NCBI GenBank assembly: GCA_003135555.1 | Contig: PLCF01000054.1 | Location: 22,058 to 55,422 of the forward strand | Direction: 5' to 3' | Length of the DNA stretch: 33,365 bases | DNA from: Vulcanimicrobiota bacterium | GTDB taxonomy: Bacteria; Vulcanimicrobiota; Vulcanimicrobiia; Vulcanimicrobiales; Vulcanimicrobiaceae | Part shown: positions 1 through 11,482 of the stretch, in pieces | Layout: each line of letters begins with the position of its first letter | Numbering within the stretch: the first letter of the stretch is position 1 | Translations under genes and position numbers: made by a program | The notes under the pieces: model-generated | What the model saw: only the letters and a program-made list of their open reading frames with translations | Database searches by the model: none | What the model was told of the DNA's origin: nothing

Positions 1-1887
1 GACCGCGACGGCGTGCGCACGCCGATGCAATGGTCGCCCGATCGCAACGGCGGGTTCTCGACCGCCGAGCACGTGCGGTTGTATGCGCCCCCGGTGACCG
101 ACCCGACCTACGGCTACGAGGCGGTGAACGTCGAGTCACAGCTGCGAAACACCAGCTCGCTGCTGCACTGGATGCGCCGCATCATCGCGGTGCGCAAGGC
201 CACCAAGGTGTTCGGCCGCGGCACGCTCACGCTGCTCTACCCCGCCAATCGGCGCATCCTCGCATACCTGCGCGAGCACGAGGATGAAACGATACTCGTC
301 GTCGCCAACCTGTCGCATACCGCGCAGGCCGTGCAGCTCGACCTCGCCCAATTCGCCGGGCGGACGCCCTTCGAGATGCTCGGCTCGACGGCGTTTCCGC
401 CCGTCGCGACCGCACCCTACACCGTGACCCTGGCGCCCTATGGATTCTTTTGGTTCTCGTTGGTGCGCGACCCGCACGGCGCTGCGGCGTCGATTCGTTC
501 GAGCGCGTTGCCCGAGCTTCCGACCGTCGTTGTGCCGCGCGACGCCGTCGCGTTCGACGCATGGGCACGAGCGGTGGTCGACCGCGATGTCGTGCCGGTC
601 GCGTTGGGCGCCGCTGAGACCGGACACATGCTCGATGCCTTCGTGGCGGAAGGGCTCGATCCGTCGTTGGCGTTCGTCGTGATCGGCGAACGGACGAATC
701 GCACCTCGCTGGTGCTGCGCTTCGTCTGGGATTCGCCCGTCCGCGAGGACGCGCTGGCACGCGCCCGCAGCGGACCGCGCGAGGGCTGGATCGTGGACGC
801 CGCCTCCGACGCAACGACGGCGCCGCTGGTGGAACGCGCGATGCGCGCCGGAACGGAGCTGCACGACGACGGGCACATCACCTTCGCTTGGGAGGGTGAG
901 GCCCGGCCCGAGGCGAGCTCGTCGCAGCGGTTCGGCTACGAGTCCGGCGCGCAGCGCTGGATCCTCGACGACTCCCGGCTGGTGACGTTGCACCGGCGGA
1001 TGCCGCGTCTGCAGAACAGCGCAGTCGCGTTCCTGCGGCATCTGCGCGAGCGCGGTTTCACGCAGGCGCCGCAGCTGTTCGGAACCGCGCTGATCACCGA
1101 TCGAAGCGGTGAGACCCGGGTCGCCATCACCTCGCAGACCTTCGTCCAGAACCCCACCGACGTCGAAGCGGCACTGCGTGAGATCCTGCGCACCGGTACT
1201 GCCGACGAACGGCTGGTCCGCAGCGCCGAGAACGTCGCCGACGCGCTGGCGATGCTGCACCGCGCGCTGGCCGCACCCGGCAGCGACGCGACCTTCGGGA
1301 CGCGCCCGATCGCGCCGGACGACGTCGCCGGCTGGCGCTCCGCGGCGCATGCGGACCTCACCGCGATCGTCGAAGCGGGCGTCGCGAGCGTCGCCGCGGT
1401 GCGCGAGCAGATCGCCGGCGGGCTCGACGCTCTACCGGCGTCGATCGATGCCGCGTCGTCGCGCGCGCACGGCCGGCTGACGCTCAGCCGCGTCCTGCTC
1501 GTCGACGCGGTCCCGGTCTTCGTCGGCTTCGGCGAGGCCGTCACGCGCCGTTCGTCGCCGCTCAAGGACGTCGCGTCCCTGGCGCGCTCCTTCGACGCCG
1601 TGACGCGCGAGACGATTCAGACCAGCGCGCACGATCCGACCGCCGACCGCGGCATGACCCGCGCGACCATGCTGGAGCTGACGGCGCGCGCCCGCGAAGC
1701 CTTTCTCGCGCGCTACGCCGCCGGCGCGAGCGATCTTGCGACGATGCCGCGCGACCCCGTGGAGCGGGACGCGCTGATCCGCTTCTTTCGCCTGCAGGCG
1801 GCGCTGCACGACGTACGCGACGTTCTGTACGGTCAGCCCGGCGCCTTGGCCGTCGCGGTCGAAGCACTCCACGCCGAGTTTCGATGA
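1..1887 (+). CDS. treS: Trehalose synthase (maltose alpha-D-glucosyltransferase), C-terminal part, fused to a degenerate maltokinase-like domain; 5' end outside window
   Basis: Frame open from base 1 (DRDGVRTPMQWSPDRNGGFS, YGYEAVNVE, SLLHWMRR are typical TreS motifs). The C-terminal Pep2/Mak-like region has SPLKDVA. Confidence 0.9.
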   Translation, partial: DRDGVRTPMQWSPDRNGGFSTAEHVRLYAPPVTDPTYGYEAVNVESQLRNTSSLLHWMRRIIAVRKATKVFGRGTLTLLYPANRRILAYLREHEDETILVVANLSHTAQAVQLDLAQFAGRTPFEMLGSTAFPPVATAPYTVTLAPYGFFWFSLVRDPHGAAASIRSSALPELPTVVVPRDAVAFDAWARAVVDRDVVPVALGAAETGHMLDAFVAEGLDPSLAFVVIGERTNRTSLVLRFVWDSPVREDALARARSGPREGWIVDAASDATTAPLVERAMRAGTELHDDGHITFAWEGEARPEASSSQRFGYESGAQRWILDDSRLVTLHRRMPRLQNSAVAFLRHLRERGFTQAPQLFGTALITDRSGETRVAITSQTFVQNPTDVEAALREILRTGTADERLVRSAENVADALAMLHRALAAPGSDATFGTRPIAPDDVAGWRSAAHADLTAIVEAGVASVAAVREQIAGGLDALPASIDAASSRAHGRLTLSRVLLVDAVPVFVGFGEAVTRRSSPLKDVASLARSFDAVTRETIQTSAHDPTADRGMTRATMLELTARAREAFLARYAAGASDLATMPRDPVERDALIRFFRLQAALHDVRDVLYGQPGALAVAVEALHAEFR

Positions 1888-3686
1888 AGCACGTTCGCTA
1901 CGCGCACGCGATGCCGTTCGGCGCCGAGGTGCGCGACGACGGCGTCGCGTTCCGCCTGTGGGCACCGTCGCGCGAGGCGGCGGCCGCCATCGTCGACGGC
2001 GCCACCTATGCGCTGGAACCGCGCGCCGACGGCTGGTTCGAGCGCAGCGTCCGCGGCGCGCGCGCGGGCTCCCGCTATGCCTTCGCATTCCCCGGGCTGG
2101 AGCGCCACGTTCCCGACCCGGCATCGCGCTTTCAACCCGACGGCGTGCACGCCGCGAGCGAGGTCGTGGACCCGCGCACATACGGCTGGCGCCACCCGGC
2201 TTGGCGCGGCCGGCCCTGGCACGAAACGGTGACGTACGAGCTCCACGTCGGCACGTTCACCAGCGAAGGCAACTACGCCGCCGCCGCTACGCGGCTCGAC
2301 GGGTTGGCCCGGTTGGGCGTGACATCGGTCGAGCTGATGCCCCTCGCGCAGCCGGCGGGCGCGCGCAACTGGGGCTATGACGGCGTCCTGCCGTTCGCGC
2401 CGCAAAGCGCCTACGGCACGCCCGACGAGCTCAAGGCGTTCATCGACGCGGCCCACGCGCTGGAGATGTGCGTGCTGCTCGACGTGGTGTACAACCACTT
2501 CGGCCCCGAAGGCAACTATCTGCACGCGTTCGCCGAACAGTTCTTCACCGAACGCCACCAAACGCCGTGGGGCGCCGCGATCAACGTCGATGGCGAGGGC
2601 GCGCCGGTCGTGCGCGAGATGTTCGTGCAGAACGCCTTGTACTGGTTGCGCGAGTATCGCTTCGACGGGCTGCGGCTCGACGCCGTGCACGAGATTCGCG
2701 ACGACTCGCCGCGCCCGTTCCTCGAAGAGCTTGCGGCGCGCGTGCGCGCGGGGGTCGAACCCGGACGCCACGTCCACCTGGTGCTCGAGAACGACGCCAA
2801 TGGGTCACGGCTGCTCGAACGCTACGACGCGCAGTGGAACGACGATGCCCATCACGCTTTCCACGTGCTGCTCACCGGCGAGACGTTCGGGTACTACCGC
2901 GACTACGCGCGCGAGCCGGCGCGCCTGCTGGGGCGCTCGCTGGCCGAGGGGTTTGCCTATCAGGGCGAACCGTCGCCGCATCGCGGAAACGTACCCCGCG
3001 GGGAGCCCAGCGCGGCGCTGCCCAGCACCGCGGTCGTCGACTTCTTGCAGAATCACGACATGATCGGCAATCGCGCGCTGGGCGAACGCATCGGCGCGCT
3101 CGCGCCGGTCGCCGCCGTGTGCGCGGCGACGGCGATCTTGCTGCTGGTGCCGGCGATCCCGCTCTTGTTCATGGGTCAGGAGTGGGCCGCCTCGACGCCG
3201 TTCATCTTCTTCTCGGACTTCGGCCCGGAGCTGGCGCGGTCGGTGACCGAGGGCCGCCGCCGCGAGTTCGCGGACTGGCCGGGCTTTCGCACCTTGACGG
3301 CGCCGGCCGGGCCGCCCGACCCGCAGGATCCGGCCAGCATGCGCGCGTCGGTGCTGCGCTGGGACGAGCGGTCGGATCCCGTGCACGCGGCGGCGCTCGC
3401 ACTCCACGCCGAGCTGCTCGCGCTGCGTCACGGGGTCATCATCCCGCGGCTCGCCGGCGGCGCGCGTGGCGACGGCTACCAACTCATCGGGCCGGCGGCG
3501 CTGCGGGTGAAGTGGCGTTTCGGCGACGAGTCGCGTTTGGGGCTGATCGCGAACCTGGGTCCCGAGCCAGCGACGGTATCGTACGCGATCGCGGGCACGC
3601 GCATCTTCAGTCTGGGCGACGTCCCCGCGCACGCGGACCAGGCCGCGCTGGCGCCGTGGAGCGTCGGTTGGTTTTTGGACTCGTGA
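1884..3686 (+). CDS. treZ: Malto-oligosyltrehalose trehalohydrolase (GH13)
   Basis: FRLWAP, PDPASRFQPDGVH, YELHVGTF, WGYDG, DVVYNHFGP, GLRLDAVH, QNHD. ATGA overlap with treS. Confidence 0.95.
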   Translation: MKHVRYAHAMPFGAEVRDDGVAFRLWAPSREAAAAIVDGATYALEPRADGWFERSVRGARAGSRYAFAFPGLERHVPDPASRFQPDGVHAASEVVDPRTYGWRHPAWRGRPWHETVTYELHVGTFTSEGNYAAAATRLDGLARLGVTSVELMPLAQPAGARNWGYDGVLPFAPQSAYGTPDELKAFIDAAHALEMCVLLDVVYNHFGPEGNYLHAFAEQFFTERHQTPWGAAINVDGEGAPVVREMFVQNALYWLREYRFDGLRLDAVHEIRDDSPRPFLEELAARVRAGVEPGRHVHLVLENDANGSRLLERYDAQWNDDAHHAFHVLLTGETFGYYRDYAREPARLLGRSLAEGFAYQGEPSPHRGNVPRGEPSAALPSTAVVDFLQNHDMIGNRALGERIGALAPVAAVCAATAILLLVPAIPLLFMGQEWAASTPFIFFSDFGPELARSVTEGRRREFADWPGFRTLTAPAGPPDPQDPASMRASVLRWDERSDPVHAAALALHAELLALRHGVIIPRLAGGARGDGYQLIGPAALRVKWRFGDESRLGLIANLGPEPATVSYAIAGTRIFSLGDVPAHADQAALAPWSVGWFLDS

Positions 3687-6433
3687 CGCCGCGCGCAACG
3701 TACCGGCTGCAGTTTCACGCCGGTTTCCGCTTCACGGACGCGACCGCGCTGGTTCCCTACCTCGCCGCGCTGGGGATCTCGCACGTCTACGCATCGCCGT
3801 ATCTCAAAGCGCGGACCGGTTCGACGCACGGGTACGACATCGTCGATCACGCGCAACTCAACCCCGAGATCGGAACGGCCGCCCAGTACCGCGAGTTCGT
3901 CGACGCGCTACGGGCGCACGGCATGGGGCACATCCTCGACTTCGTGCCCAATCACATGGGCGTGGGCGGGGACGACAACGCGTGGTGGCTCGATCTGTTG
4001 ACGTGGGGCGAGGACTCCCACTACGCCGACTACTTCGACGTCGATTGGAACCCGCTGCGCACGGAGTTGCGCGGCAAGATCCTGCTGCCGTTCCTGGGCA
4101 AGCAGTACGGCGACGTCCTCGACTGTGGAGAGCTGCGCTGGGAGTACGCTGACGGCGGTTTCGCCCTGCGCTACCACGAACATCGCCTGCCGCTCGCACC
4201 GCCCTCGTACGCGCTCGTGCTGCACGACGCAAAGCCGCCGTCCTTGGCATCGTTCGCGCCGCTCTTCGCCGCCCTCGATACGATCGCCGAGCACACCGAG
4301 CGCCGCGGGGCAGCCGCGTCGTTGCGACGCCTGCTCGAGGCGACCGAAGCCCCCGACGCGCGCGCGCGCGCCGAGCACCTCGACGCGCAACGCACGTCCG
4401 CGGCGGGCAAGGCGCTCATCGAGCGGGTGGTCGAGGTGCAGCACTGGCGTCCGGCGTCGTGGCAGGTCGCCGCCGAGGAGATCAACTACCGCCGGTTCTT
4501 CGACATCAACGCGCTCGCCGCGATGCGCATGGAGAATGCCAACTGTTTCGGCGAAGTGCACCGCTTGGTGTTCGAGCTCATCGCGCGGGCCGACATCGAC
4601 GGATTGCGCATCGACCACGTCGACGGCCTATACGACCCGATCGGCTATTGCGATTTGCTGCGCTCGCGCGCCGAACTGCTCGCCCAGCCAATGTACTTGG
4701 TGATCGAGAAGATCTTGGCCCCCAACCAGGAGCTCCTCGCGCGCTGGCGCGTCGACGGGACGACCGGCTATGAGTTCATGAACGCGGTGACCGGAGTTGC
4801 GATCGACCGCAACAACGCCCGCGCCGTCGACCTTCTCTACCAGCGGTTCACCCATGACGCCACGCCTTTTGCCGACGTCGCGTACGCCTCGAAGAAATTC
4901 GTCTTGGAGACGGCCCTCTCGGCCGAGCTCAACGTCCTCGCGCTGCGGCTCGACCGGCTCGCCCAGCACGATCCGCGCACCCGCGACTTCACGTTGGGCG
5001 CGCTCCGCCACGCGCTGGTCGAGACGATCGCGTCGTTCCCGATCTATCGCACGTACGTGACCGGCGCCGCCGTCGAGCCCGCCGACCGGCTGTTCATCGA
5101 GCGCGCGGTTGCGGCCGCACGCGCACACGACCCGTCGAACGAGGGGTCCCCGTATCGGTTCCTGCGCCGCGTGCTGCTGACCGAGCACGACGACGACGAC
5201 GTTCGCGAGCGCTACGTGGAGTTCGCGATGCGTTTTCAACAGCTCACCTCCCCGGTGACCGCCAAAGGCGTCGAGGATACCGCCTTCTACCGCTCGGTGC
5301 GTCTGGTCGCGCTCAACGAGGTCGGCGGCGACCCCGCCCGCTTCGGAACCTCGGTCGCGGAGTTTCACCGCCAGAACGAGCGGCGTGCGGCGCATCACCC
5401 GCACGCGCTGCTCGCGACGGCGACGCACGATATGAAACGCGGCGAAGACGTGCGCGCGCGCCTGGCGGCGATCTCGGAAGTTCCCGATCAGTGGCGGCGT
5501 GCGCTGGCGCGCTGGTCGCGTCTGAATCGTAAGCTGCGCGGAATCGTGACGCCGCTGACCGAGTACTTGCTCTATCAGACGATCTTGGGCGCCTGGCCGG
5601 TGGAGTTGTTCGACGCACCGCTCGAGCCCGGAGCGCTCGCAGCCTTCACCGACCGGATCGCCGCGTACACGCTCAAAGCGGCGCGCGAGGCGAAGCTGCG
5701 CACCAGCTGGACCAATCCGGACGCCGAATACGAGGGCGCGCTCGAAGACTTCACCCGTGCGATCCTGGCCCCGCAACGTGCGCCGGAGTTCGCCGAAAGC
5801 GTCCGCACGGGCGCGCGTAGCTTAGCCGCGACCGGCGCGGCCAACTCGCTCGCCCAAGCCGTGCTCAAGGCGACCTCACCCGGCGTCCCCGACACGTATC
5901 AAGGCGCCGAGCTCTGGGACTTGAGCCTGGTCGACCCCGACAACCGGCGGCCGGTGGACTTCGCCTTGCGCGAGTCGATCCTGCGCGAGCTCGATCGAGC
6001 GCTCGAGGCGGGGACGCCGCGCGAAGCGCTCGCGCGCGATTTGCTCGCCGCGTGGCCGGACGGCCGGATCAAGCTCTACGTGCTCGCGACGCTGCTGCGA
6101 CATCGCGCCGCAGCAGCCTGGGAGCCCGCCAGCTACGCGGCGCTCGAGGCGCGCGGGGAGCGGGCGGAGCACGTCGTCGCGTTCACCCGCGGAACGGCGG
6201 TGGTCGCGGTGCCGCGACTCGTGCGCGGGTTGTGCGGCGAGGAGCTTCCGCTGGGCGCGGTGTGGGGCGACACCGGCCTGATCGTGGCGCCGGACGTCAC
6301 GCGCTACCGCGACATTCTCACCGGCCGCACGGTATCGCCCGTCGAGCGCGACGGCGTGACGCGCGTCCCGCTCGCCGAAGTCTTCGCGGTGCTCCCCGTC
6401 GCGGTGCTCGAACCGGCTACGGCCGGATCGTGA
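3683..6433 (+). CDS. treY: Malto-oligosyltrehalose synthase
   Basis: GTG start overlapping the treZ stop. PRATYRLQF, GSTHGYD, DFVPNHM, INYRRFFD, GLRIDHVDGL, AKGVEDTAFY, PGVPDTYQG, LVDPDNRRPVD. Confidence 0.95.
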   Translation: MTPRATYRLQFHAGFRFTDATALVPYLAALGISHVYASPYLKARTGSTHGYDIVDHAQLNPEIGTAAQYREFVDALRAHGMGHILDFVPNHMGVGGDDNAWWLDLLTWGEDSHYADYFDVDWNPLRTELRGKILLPFLGKQYGDVLDCGELRWEYADGGFALRYHEHRLPLAPPSYALVLHDAKPPSLASFAPLFAALDTIAEHTERRGAAASLRRLLEATEAPDARARAEHLDAQRTSAAGKALIERVVEVQHWRPASWQVAAEEINYRRFFDINALAAMRMENANCFGEVHRLVFELIARADIDGLRIDHVDGLYDPIGYCDLLRSRAELLAQPMYLVIEKILAPNQELLARWRVDGTTGYEFMNAVTGVAIDRNNARAVDLLYQRFTHDATPFADVAYASKKFVLETALSAELNVLALRLDRLAQHDPRTRDFTLGALRHALVETIASFPIYRTYVTGAAVEPADRLFIERAVAAARAHDPSNEGSPYRFLRRVLLTEHDDDDVRERYVEFAMRFQQLTSPVTAKGVEDTAFYRSVRLVALNEVGGDPARFGTSVAEFHRQNERRAAHHPHALLATATHDMKRGEDVRARLAAISEVPDQWRRALARWSRLNRKLRGIVTPLTEYLLYQTILGAWPVELFDAPLEPGALAAFTDRIAAYTLKAAREAKLRTSWTNPDAEYEGALEDFTRAILAPQRAPEFAESVRTGARSLAATGAANSLAQAVLKATSPGVPDTYQGAELWDLSLVDPDNRRPVDFALRESILRELDRALEAGTPREALARDLLAAWPDGRIKLYVLATLLRHRAAAAWEPASYAALEARGERAEHVVAFTRGTAVVAVPRLVRGLCGEELPLGAVWGDTGLIVAPDVTRYRDILTGRTVSPVERDGVTRVPLAEVFAVLPVAVLEPATAGS

Positions 6434-6443
6434 CGCGCCGGCG

Positions 6444-7172
6444 CTAATCTTCGCCGAGCAGTTTGCGTTTGACCGCGTCGAACTCGGCATCGCCGAGCGC
6501 GCCGCCGGCGTGCATCCGGTCGAGCTCGGCGAGCAGCCGCACCGTCTCGGCGGCGTCGCGCGGCGCTGCGGATCCGCCGGGCGCCGCGCCGCCGCCGACG
6601 AACGTCGTGCTGACGCTGGTGATCGTGCGGCTGCCGTCGGGATTGACGACCGCGCTCTCGCCTTGGGTCAAACCGGCTTGCCGCAGCGCGGCGGCGACCG
6701 CCGCTTCGACCCCGCCGGACGAGGCGCCGCCGGCGGCGGGCGCGTCGTCGGCCAGCACGACGTGATCGCGCCGGAGCGGGTCGATCCGCACGCTGAACAC
6801 GGTGCCGCTCGGGGGCGGACTGTAGGTCAGCAGCTTGAGCCTCGTTTCGTAGGTCGCGCCGGCGCCGTCGATGCGCAGCCGCAACGCCCATTGCGGTACG
6901 CCGTTGATGGTCCAACCGGTCGTTTTCGCGTCCAGCAGCGTCGCGGTCGCCGGGGTGCCCTCGCGCCGGATGCGCTCCTCGCCGCGCCGGCCGCGCAGCG
7001 CGCGCAGCGAGAAAAACTCCATCGCGGTGCCCATCAGCAGCCAGATTCCGCCGACGATCGCGCCGGTCGGCGGCGGGGCATACAGGAAGAACGCGAGCGC
7101 GCCGGCCGTGAAGCCGACCCCCATTACGATCAGCATCACGAACGTCCAGCTCGGGACGGTTGCGGAACGCAT
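6444..7172 (-). CDS. Membrane protein with two N-terminal TM helices and a C-terminal SHOCT-like domain
   Basis: Two hydrophobic segments, a beta-rich middle region (TGWTINGVP) and C-terminal LAELDRMHAGGALGDAEFDAVKRKLL matching the SHOCT pattern. Confidence 0.7.
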   Translation of the reverse strand: MRSATVPSWTFVMLIVMGVGFTAGALAFFLYAPPPTGAIVGGIWLLMGTAMEFFSLRALRGRRGEERIRREGTPATATLLDAKTTGWTINGVPQWALRLRIDGAGATYETRLKLLTYSPPPSGTVFSVRIDPLRRDHVVLADDAPAAGGASSGGVEAAVAAALRQAGLTQGESAVVNPDGSRTITSVSTTFVGGGAAPGGSAAPRDAAETVRLLAELDRMHAGGALGDAEFDAVKRKLLGED

Positions 7173-7310
7173 CGCGGCGCCCTTTCCGACAAAGCCCCCG
7201 GGGCTCCCCCGGCACGGACGCGAACGGTCGCCGAAACGGTTTCACCGGGACCAGGGTCGTGGAGCACGGCCCTCGCCCAACGCCCACGCCCAGGAGTTCA
7301 ATCAACAGCA

Positions 7311-8759
<1,449 letters not shown>

Positions 8760-8765
8760 CGCGCG

Positions 8766-9539
8766 ATGGATCCCCGTATCGCGCTCGCGGGGTTCATCGT
8801 GGGAACGATCACCGGAGCGACCGGGATCGGTGGGAGCTCGTTGCTCGCGCCGCTCCTCATCCTCGTCTTGGGCGTGTCGCCCACCGTCGCGGTCGGGACC
8901 GATTTGGTGTACGGCGTCCCGACGAAGCTGCTCGCCGCGTTCGTTCACGCCCGCCAAAAAACGGTCGATCGCCGGCTCACCGGCGATCTGGCGATTGGGG
9001 GCATCCCGGGTTCGCTCGCCGGCCTAGGCGTATTCGCTATGCTCCGGTCGCGCATTCCCACCGCTGCGCTGCAGCCGGTCATGCGCCATGCGATCGGAAT
9101 CGCGATCCTGTGCGCATGCGTCGCGATGGTCACGATGGTCGTGCTCAAACGGCGCGCCGCGGTGCGCGACGCGGGCGCAGCGCTCGACGGAGCGCGGTGG
9201 CGCGCCGTCACGATCGGTTTCGTCGTCGGCGCACTCGTCGCGATGACCTCGATCGGCGCGGGCTCGGTCACGCTGCCGCTGTTGATGCTCGCCGTCCCGG
9301 CCCTGGGTGCGCGCTCGCTGATCGGCTCGGAGATCGCGTTCGCGGCGATCATCCTGCCGATCGCCGCCGCCGGGCACGCCGGCTTCGGGAACGTCGACTG
9401 GCGGATCACGGCGAGCCTCTTGGCGGGCTCGCTCCCCGGCGTCTACCTGGGCAGCCGCCTCTGCCTCTGGCTCGACGACCGGCCGCTCCGCGCGATCATC
9501 CTCGCCGTGCTCGCCTACGCCGCGTACCGCCTGCTATAG
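8766..9539 (+). CDS. TauE/SafE (TSUP) family membrane transporter
   Basis: Two repeats of the G-rich TM motif (GATGIGGSSLLAP; MTSIGAGSVTLP), AVGTDL, GNVDW. Confidence 0.88.
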   Translation: MDPRIALAGFIVGTITGATGIGGSSLLAPLLILVLGVSPTVAVGTDLVYGVPTKLLAAFVHARQKTVDRRLTGDLAIGGIPGSLAGLGVFAMLRSRIPTAALQPVMRHAIGIAILCACVAMVTMVVLKRRAAVRDAGAALDGARWRAVTIGFVVGALVAMTSIGAGSVTLPLLMLAVPALGARSLIGSEIAFAAIILPIAAAGHAGFGNVDWRITASLLAGSLPGVYLGSRLCLWLDDRPLRAIILAVLAYAAYRLL

Positions 9540-9589
9540 GAGCGCGTTTCGGCAACCGACTCGCGCCGCCGAGCGGTCATGTGGTGCAT

Positions 9590-10300
9590 ATGGCGGCGCA
9601 GCGGACACGGCTGCTCGATCTTGGTCGCCGGCGGTATGCGCCGGTGCTCGAGTTTCAGCGCGCGCTTCACGCCGCCGTCGCCGAGGGGCGCGAACCCGAC
9701 ACCTGGATCGTGGTCGAACACGAGCCGGTCATTACGCTGGGCCGCAACGCCAAGCCGGCGCATATTCTTCTCTCACGCGGCGCGCTGGCGGCGCGCGGCG
9801 TCGACGTGGTCGAAGTCGAGCGCGGCGGCGACGTTACCTATCACGGCCCCGGACAGGTGGTGGTGTATCCGATCCGCCGGCTCGAACGCTTCCGCGAGAT
9901 CGTCCCGTTGATCGCGACGCTCGAGACCGCCGTCACCGGCGCGTTGCACCGCTTCGGGATCGCGTCGCAGCCCCGCAAGGAACACCGCGGCGTCTACGTT
10001 CGCGACGCGGCGATTTGCGCGATCGGGATCGCCGTCAAGCGCATGACTTCGATGCACGGACTGGCGCTCAACGCCTGCACGGCGTTGGACTACGACCGTT
10101 TGATCACGCCGTGCGGGACGCCGCAGTTTGGGATCACGTCGATCTCCGCCGAGGCGGCGCGCCACGTCTCGTGGCCCGAGGCGCGCGACACGCTGCTCGA
10201 CGCGCTCGAGGGCGGCTTCGGCATCGAGTTCGCGCGCGAGGTCGTCCCCGCGGGGGCGCCGTTGCCGTTTCCGGCGAACACTGTCGCGGAATCCGCATGA
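9590..10300 (+). CDS. lipB: Lipoyl(octanoyl) transferase
   Basis: EHEPVITLGR, ERGGDVTYHGPGQ, HGLALN, ITPCG. Confidence 0.93.
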   Translation: MAAQRTRLLDLGRRRYAPVLEFQRALHAAVAEGREPDTWIVVEHEPVITLGRNAKPAHILLSRGALAARGVDVVEVERGGDVTYHGPGQVVVYPIRRLERFREIVPLIATLETAVTGALHRFGIASQPRKEHRGVYVRDAAICAIGIAVKRMTSMHGLALNACTALDYDRLITPCGTPQFGITSISAEAARHVSWPEARDTLLDALEGGFGIEFAREVVPAGAPLPFPANTVAESA

Positions 10301-11181
10301 GTACCATCGATCTCATCAACCCGCAACCGCCGCCGCGTAAGCCCGAATGGCTCAAGGTCCGACTTCCGTCGGGCGAAGCCTACGAGAACGTGCTGGGTGA
10401 GGTGCGCCGCCTCGACCTGCACACCGTGTGCCAGGAAGCGATGTGCCCGAACATCGGCGAGTGCTGGGGTGCGGGGACCGCGACGATCATGATCCTGGGT
10501 GACGTATGCACGCGCGGCTGTCATTTTTGCAACGTCAAAACGGGTTCACCCAAAGGCGAAGTCGATTGGATGGAGCCCAAGCGCGTCGCCGAAGCCGTCG
10601 CGCAGCTGGGCTGGAAGTATCTCGTGCTTACCGCGGTCGACCGCGACGACCTCGCCGACGGCGGCGCGGCGATCTTCGCCAACACCGTGCGGATGATTCA
10701 CAAGCAGGTGCCCGATGCCAAGGTCGAATGCCTCACGGGCGACTTCGCCGGTGATCTCGCCGCGCTCGATGTGCTGCTCGCCTCACGCCCCGAGGTGTTC
10801 GCCCACAACATCGAGACCGTCGACCGGCTGCAGTCCAAGGTGCGCGACCGGCGCGCGAACTACCGCCAATCGCTGAGCGTCCTCGAGCACGCCAAGCGGT
10901 CGGGCAAGGTCACCTACACCAAGACGTCGATGATGCTGGGGCTGGGCGAGCACGATTCCGAGATCGAGCAGGTGATGGACGACGCGCGCGCGATCGGCGT
11001 CGACATCTTCACCCTGGGCCAGTACCTGCAGCCGACGAAGCGCCACTTGCGCGTCGAAGAGTTCGTCACCCCGGCCAAGTTCGCGCGCCTCAAGGTGCTC
11101 GGCGATGCAAAGGGCTTCGTACAGGTCGTCTCGAGCCCGCTCTCGCGTAGCTCCTATCACGCCGAGCAAGCCTTCGTCTAG
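10297..11181 (+). CDS. lipA: Lipoyl synthase
   Basis: KPEWLKV, CQEAMCPNIGEC, CTRGCHFC, RSSYHA. ATGA overlap with lipB. Confidence 0.96.
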   Translation: MSTIDLINPQPPPRKPEWLKVRLPSGEAYENVLGEVRRLDLHTVCQEAMCPNIGECWGAGTATIMILGDVCTRGCHFCNVKTGSPKGEVDWMEPKRVAEAVAQLGWKYLVLTAVDRDDLADGGAAIFANTVRMIHKQVPDAKVECLTGDFAGDLAALDVLLASRPEVFAHNIETVDRLQSKVRDRRANYRQSLSVLEHAKRSGKVTYTKTSMMLGLGEHDSEIEQVMDDARAIGVDIFTLGQYLQPTKRHLRVEEFVTPAKFARLKVLGDAKGFVQVVSSPLSRSSYHAEQAFV

Positions 11182-11206
11182 CGGACACGGCACGGTAACA
11201 TCAGCC

Positions 11207-11470
11207 ATGTCCAATGGGAGCGTGACGGACGAGACGATCCTGGCCGGCTTCAAGAGCCTGCACGAGGCGATGGCCGAAGGCTTCGACCGCCTCGATCGCA
11301 AGATCGAGTACGAGATCCACACGCTGCGTGGCGAGATGAACGAACGCTTTGCGGCCGTCGACCGGCGCTTCGCCGAATTCGAAGGCCGGATGATGCGACG
11401 CTTTGACGAGCGCGACGTGCGCCTGGACGACCACGAGCGCCGGATCGTAGCGCTCGAAACGCAGAGCTGA
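11207..11470 (+). CDS. Small coiled-coil hypothetical protein
   Basis: 87 aa with heptad-like charged repeats (FDRLDRK, FAAVDRRF, LDDHERRI). TAACAT lies 5 nt before the ATG. Confidence 0.65.
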   Translation: MSNGSVTDETILAGFKSLHEAMAEGFDRLDRKIEYEIHTLRGEMNERFAAVDRRFAEFEGRMMRRFDERDVRLDDHERRIVALETQS

Positions 11471-11482
11471 GCCCGACGTAGC

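Noticed and set aside
2468..3682. Long N-terminal extensions of treY (also lpdA, lipB, ychF, DUF151, tmk and the M16 subunit) in the ORF track
   Set aside because: They overlap real genes in other frames and have low-complexity Arg/Ala/Gly content. True starts were placed at motif, RBS or overlap positions.
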